A stretch of 64,000 nt of DNA from Candidatus Levybacteria bacterium RIFCSPHIGHO2_01_FULL_40_16 (GTDB taxonomy: Bacteria; Patescibacteriota; Microgenomatia; Levybacterales; UBA12049): positions 192,649 through 256,648 of the forward strand of contig MFNS01000001.1 of the NCBI GenBank assembly GCA_001783805.1. Direction: 5' to 3'. Positions 63,684-64,000 of the stretch are shown one piece after another. The notes beneath the pieces were generated by a model. The model saw nothing but the letters and a program-made list of their open reading frames with translations, made no database searches and was not told the DNA's origin. Both the position numbers and the translations under genes were made by a program. Positions within the stretch are counted from its first letter, which is position 1. Every line of letters begins with the position of its first letter.

Positions 63684-64000
63684 ATGAAAGAAAGATTTAT
63701 AAAAATATATGATACAACTCTGAGGGATGGTGCCCAAACGCCTGGCTTAACGCTGACAACAGGCAATAAATTAAAAATCGCTCAAAAACTTGCAGATCTT
63801 GGTTTTCATTATATCGAGGGTGGATGGCCCGGAGCAAATCCGACAGACTCCGAATTTTTTAAACGAATAAAGCAGGAGGTTGACCTTAATAACTCAACTC
63901 TTGCTGCTTTTGGAATGACGGGAAGAATAGGAATAAAAGCAGAGGATGACGAAGGACTTCAAACATTACTAAATAGCCAAACCGGATTGATAACCATTTT
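63684..64000 (+). CDS. citramalate / 2-isopropylmalate synthase family protein (3'-truncated by the window edge)
   Basis: KIYDTTLRDGAQTPG HMGL-like N-terminal motif. Confidence 0.7.
   Translation, partial: MKERFIKIYDTTLRDGAQTPGLTLTTGNKLKIAQKLADLGFHYIEGGWPGANPTDSEFFKRIKQEVDLNNSTLAAFGMTGRIGIKAEDDEGLQTLLNSQTGLITI

Noticed and set aside
1-64000. CRISPR arrays, rRNA genes, transposase or integrase genes
   Set aside because: No regularly spaced repeat-spacer array, no rRNA-like conserved blocks and no recognisable recombinase ORF were found by eye in this window.

Overview
This is an AT-rich bacterial window with small, densely packed genes, consistent with a streamlined, possibly CPR/Patescibacteria-like, genome using the standard genetic code. 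Most of it is housekeeping: pyrG, rplS, uvrB, lexA, rsmI, gpmA, eno, a phosphohexomutase, holA, cysS, efp, uvrA, uvrC, secG, yvcK, a two-component pair, dinB, typA/bipA, tig, and the start of a cimA/leuA-family gene behind an Ile-rich leader-peptide attenuator. I read 17 intact tRNA genes by eye. The tRNA-rich stretches are the unusual part. (1) Three complete tRNAs (Pro, Val, Leu-CAG) sit nested between the 5' and 3' halves of a second tRNA-like sequence, and degenerate tRNA fragments lie beside other tRNAs. (2) Every small GIY-YIG endonuclease gene (4) and one HNH endonuclease gene lies immediately next to tRNA genes. (3) A 15-nt hairpin (TTCTGC-NNN-GCAGAA) recurs at tRNA borders. (4) After tRNA-Lys(TTT), short gene cassettes are separated by 30-nt direct repeats that resemble the tRNA-Lys 3' end. 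(5) A GC-rich miniature repeat family (termini about CCTGCCCGC...GCAGGCGGGG; related CGCCTGAGCG...GATGGCG...CAGGG motifs) appears both inside the tRNA loci and as in-frame insertions in conserved genes (typA/bipA, a PEBP-family gene, probably tig). I also see a candidate SOS operator (CGAATATTTCG) in the lexA promoter with related repeats around the uvrA promoter. No CRISPR array or rRNA is present. Everything here is sequence inspection only; no searches were run.
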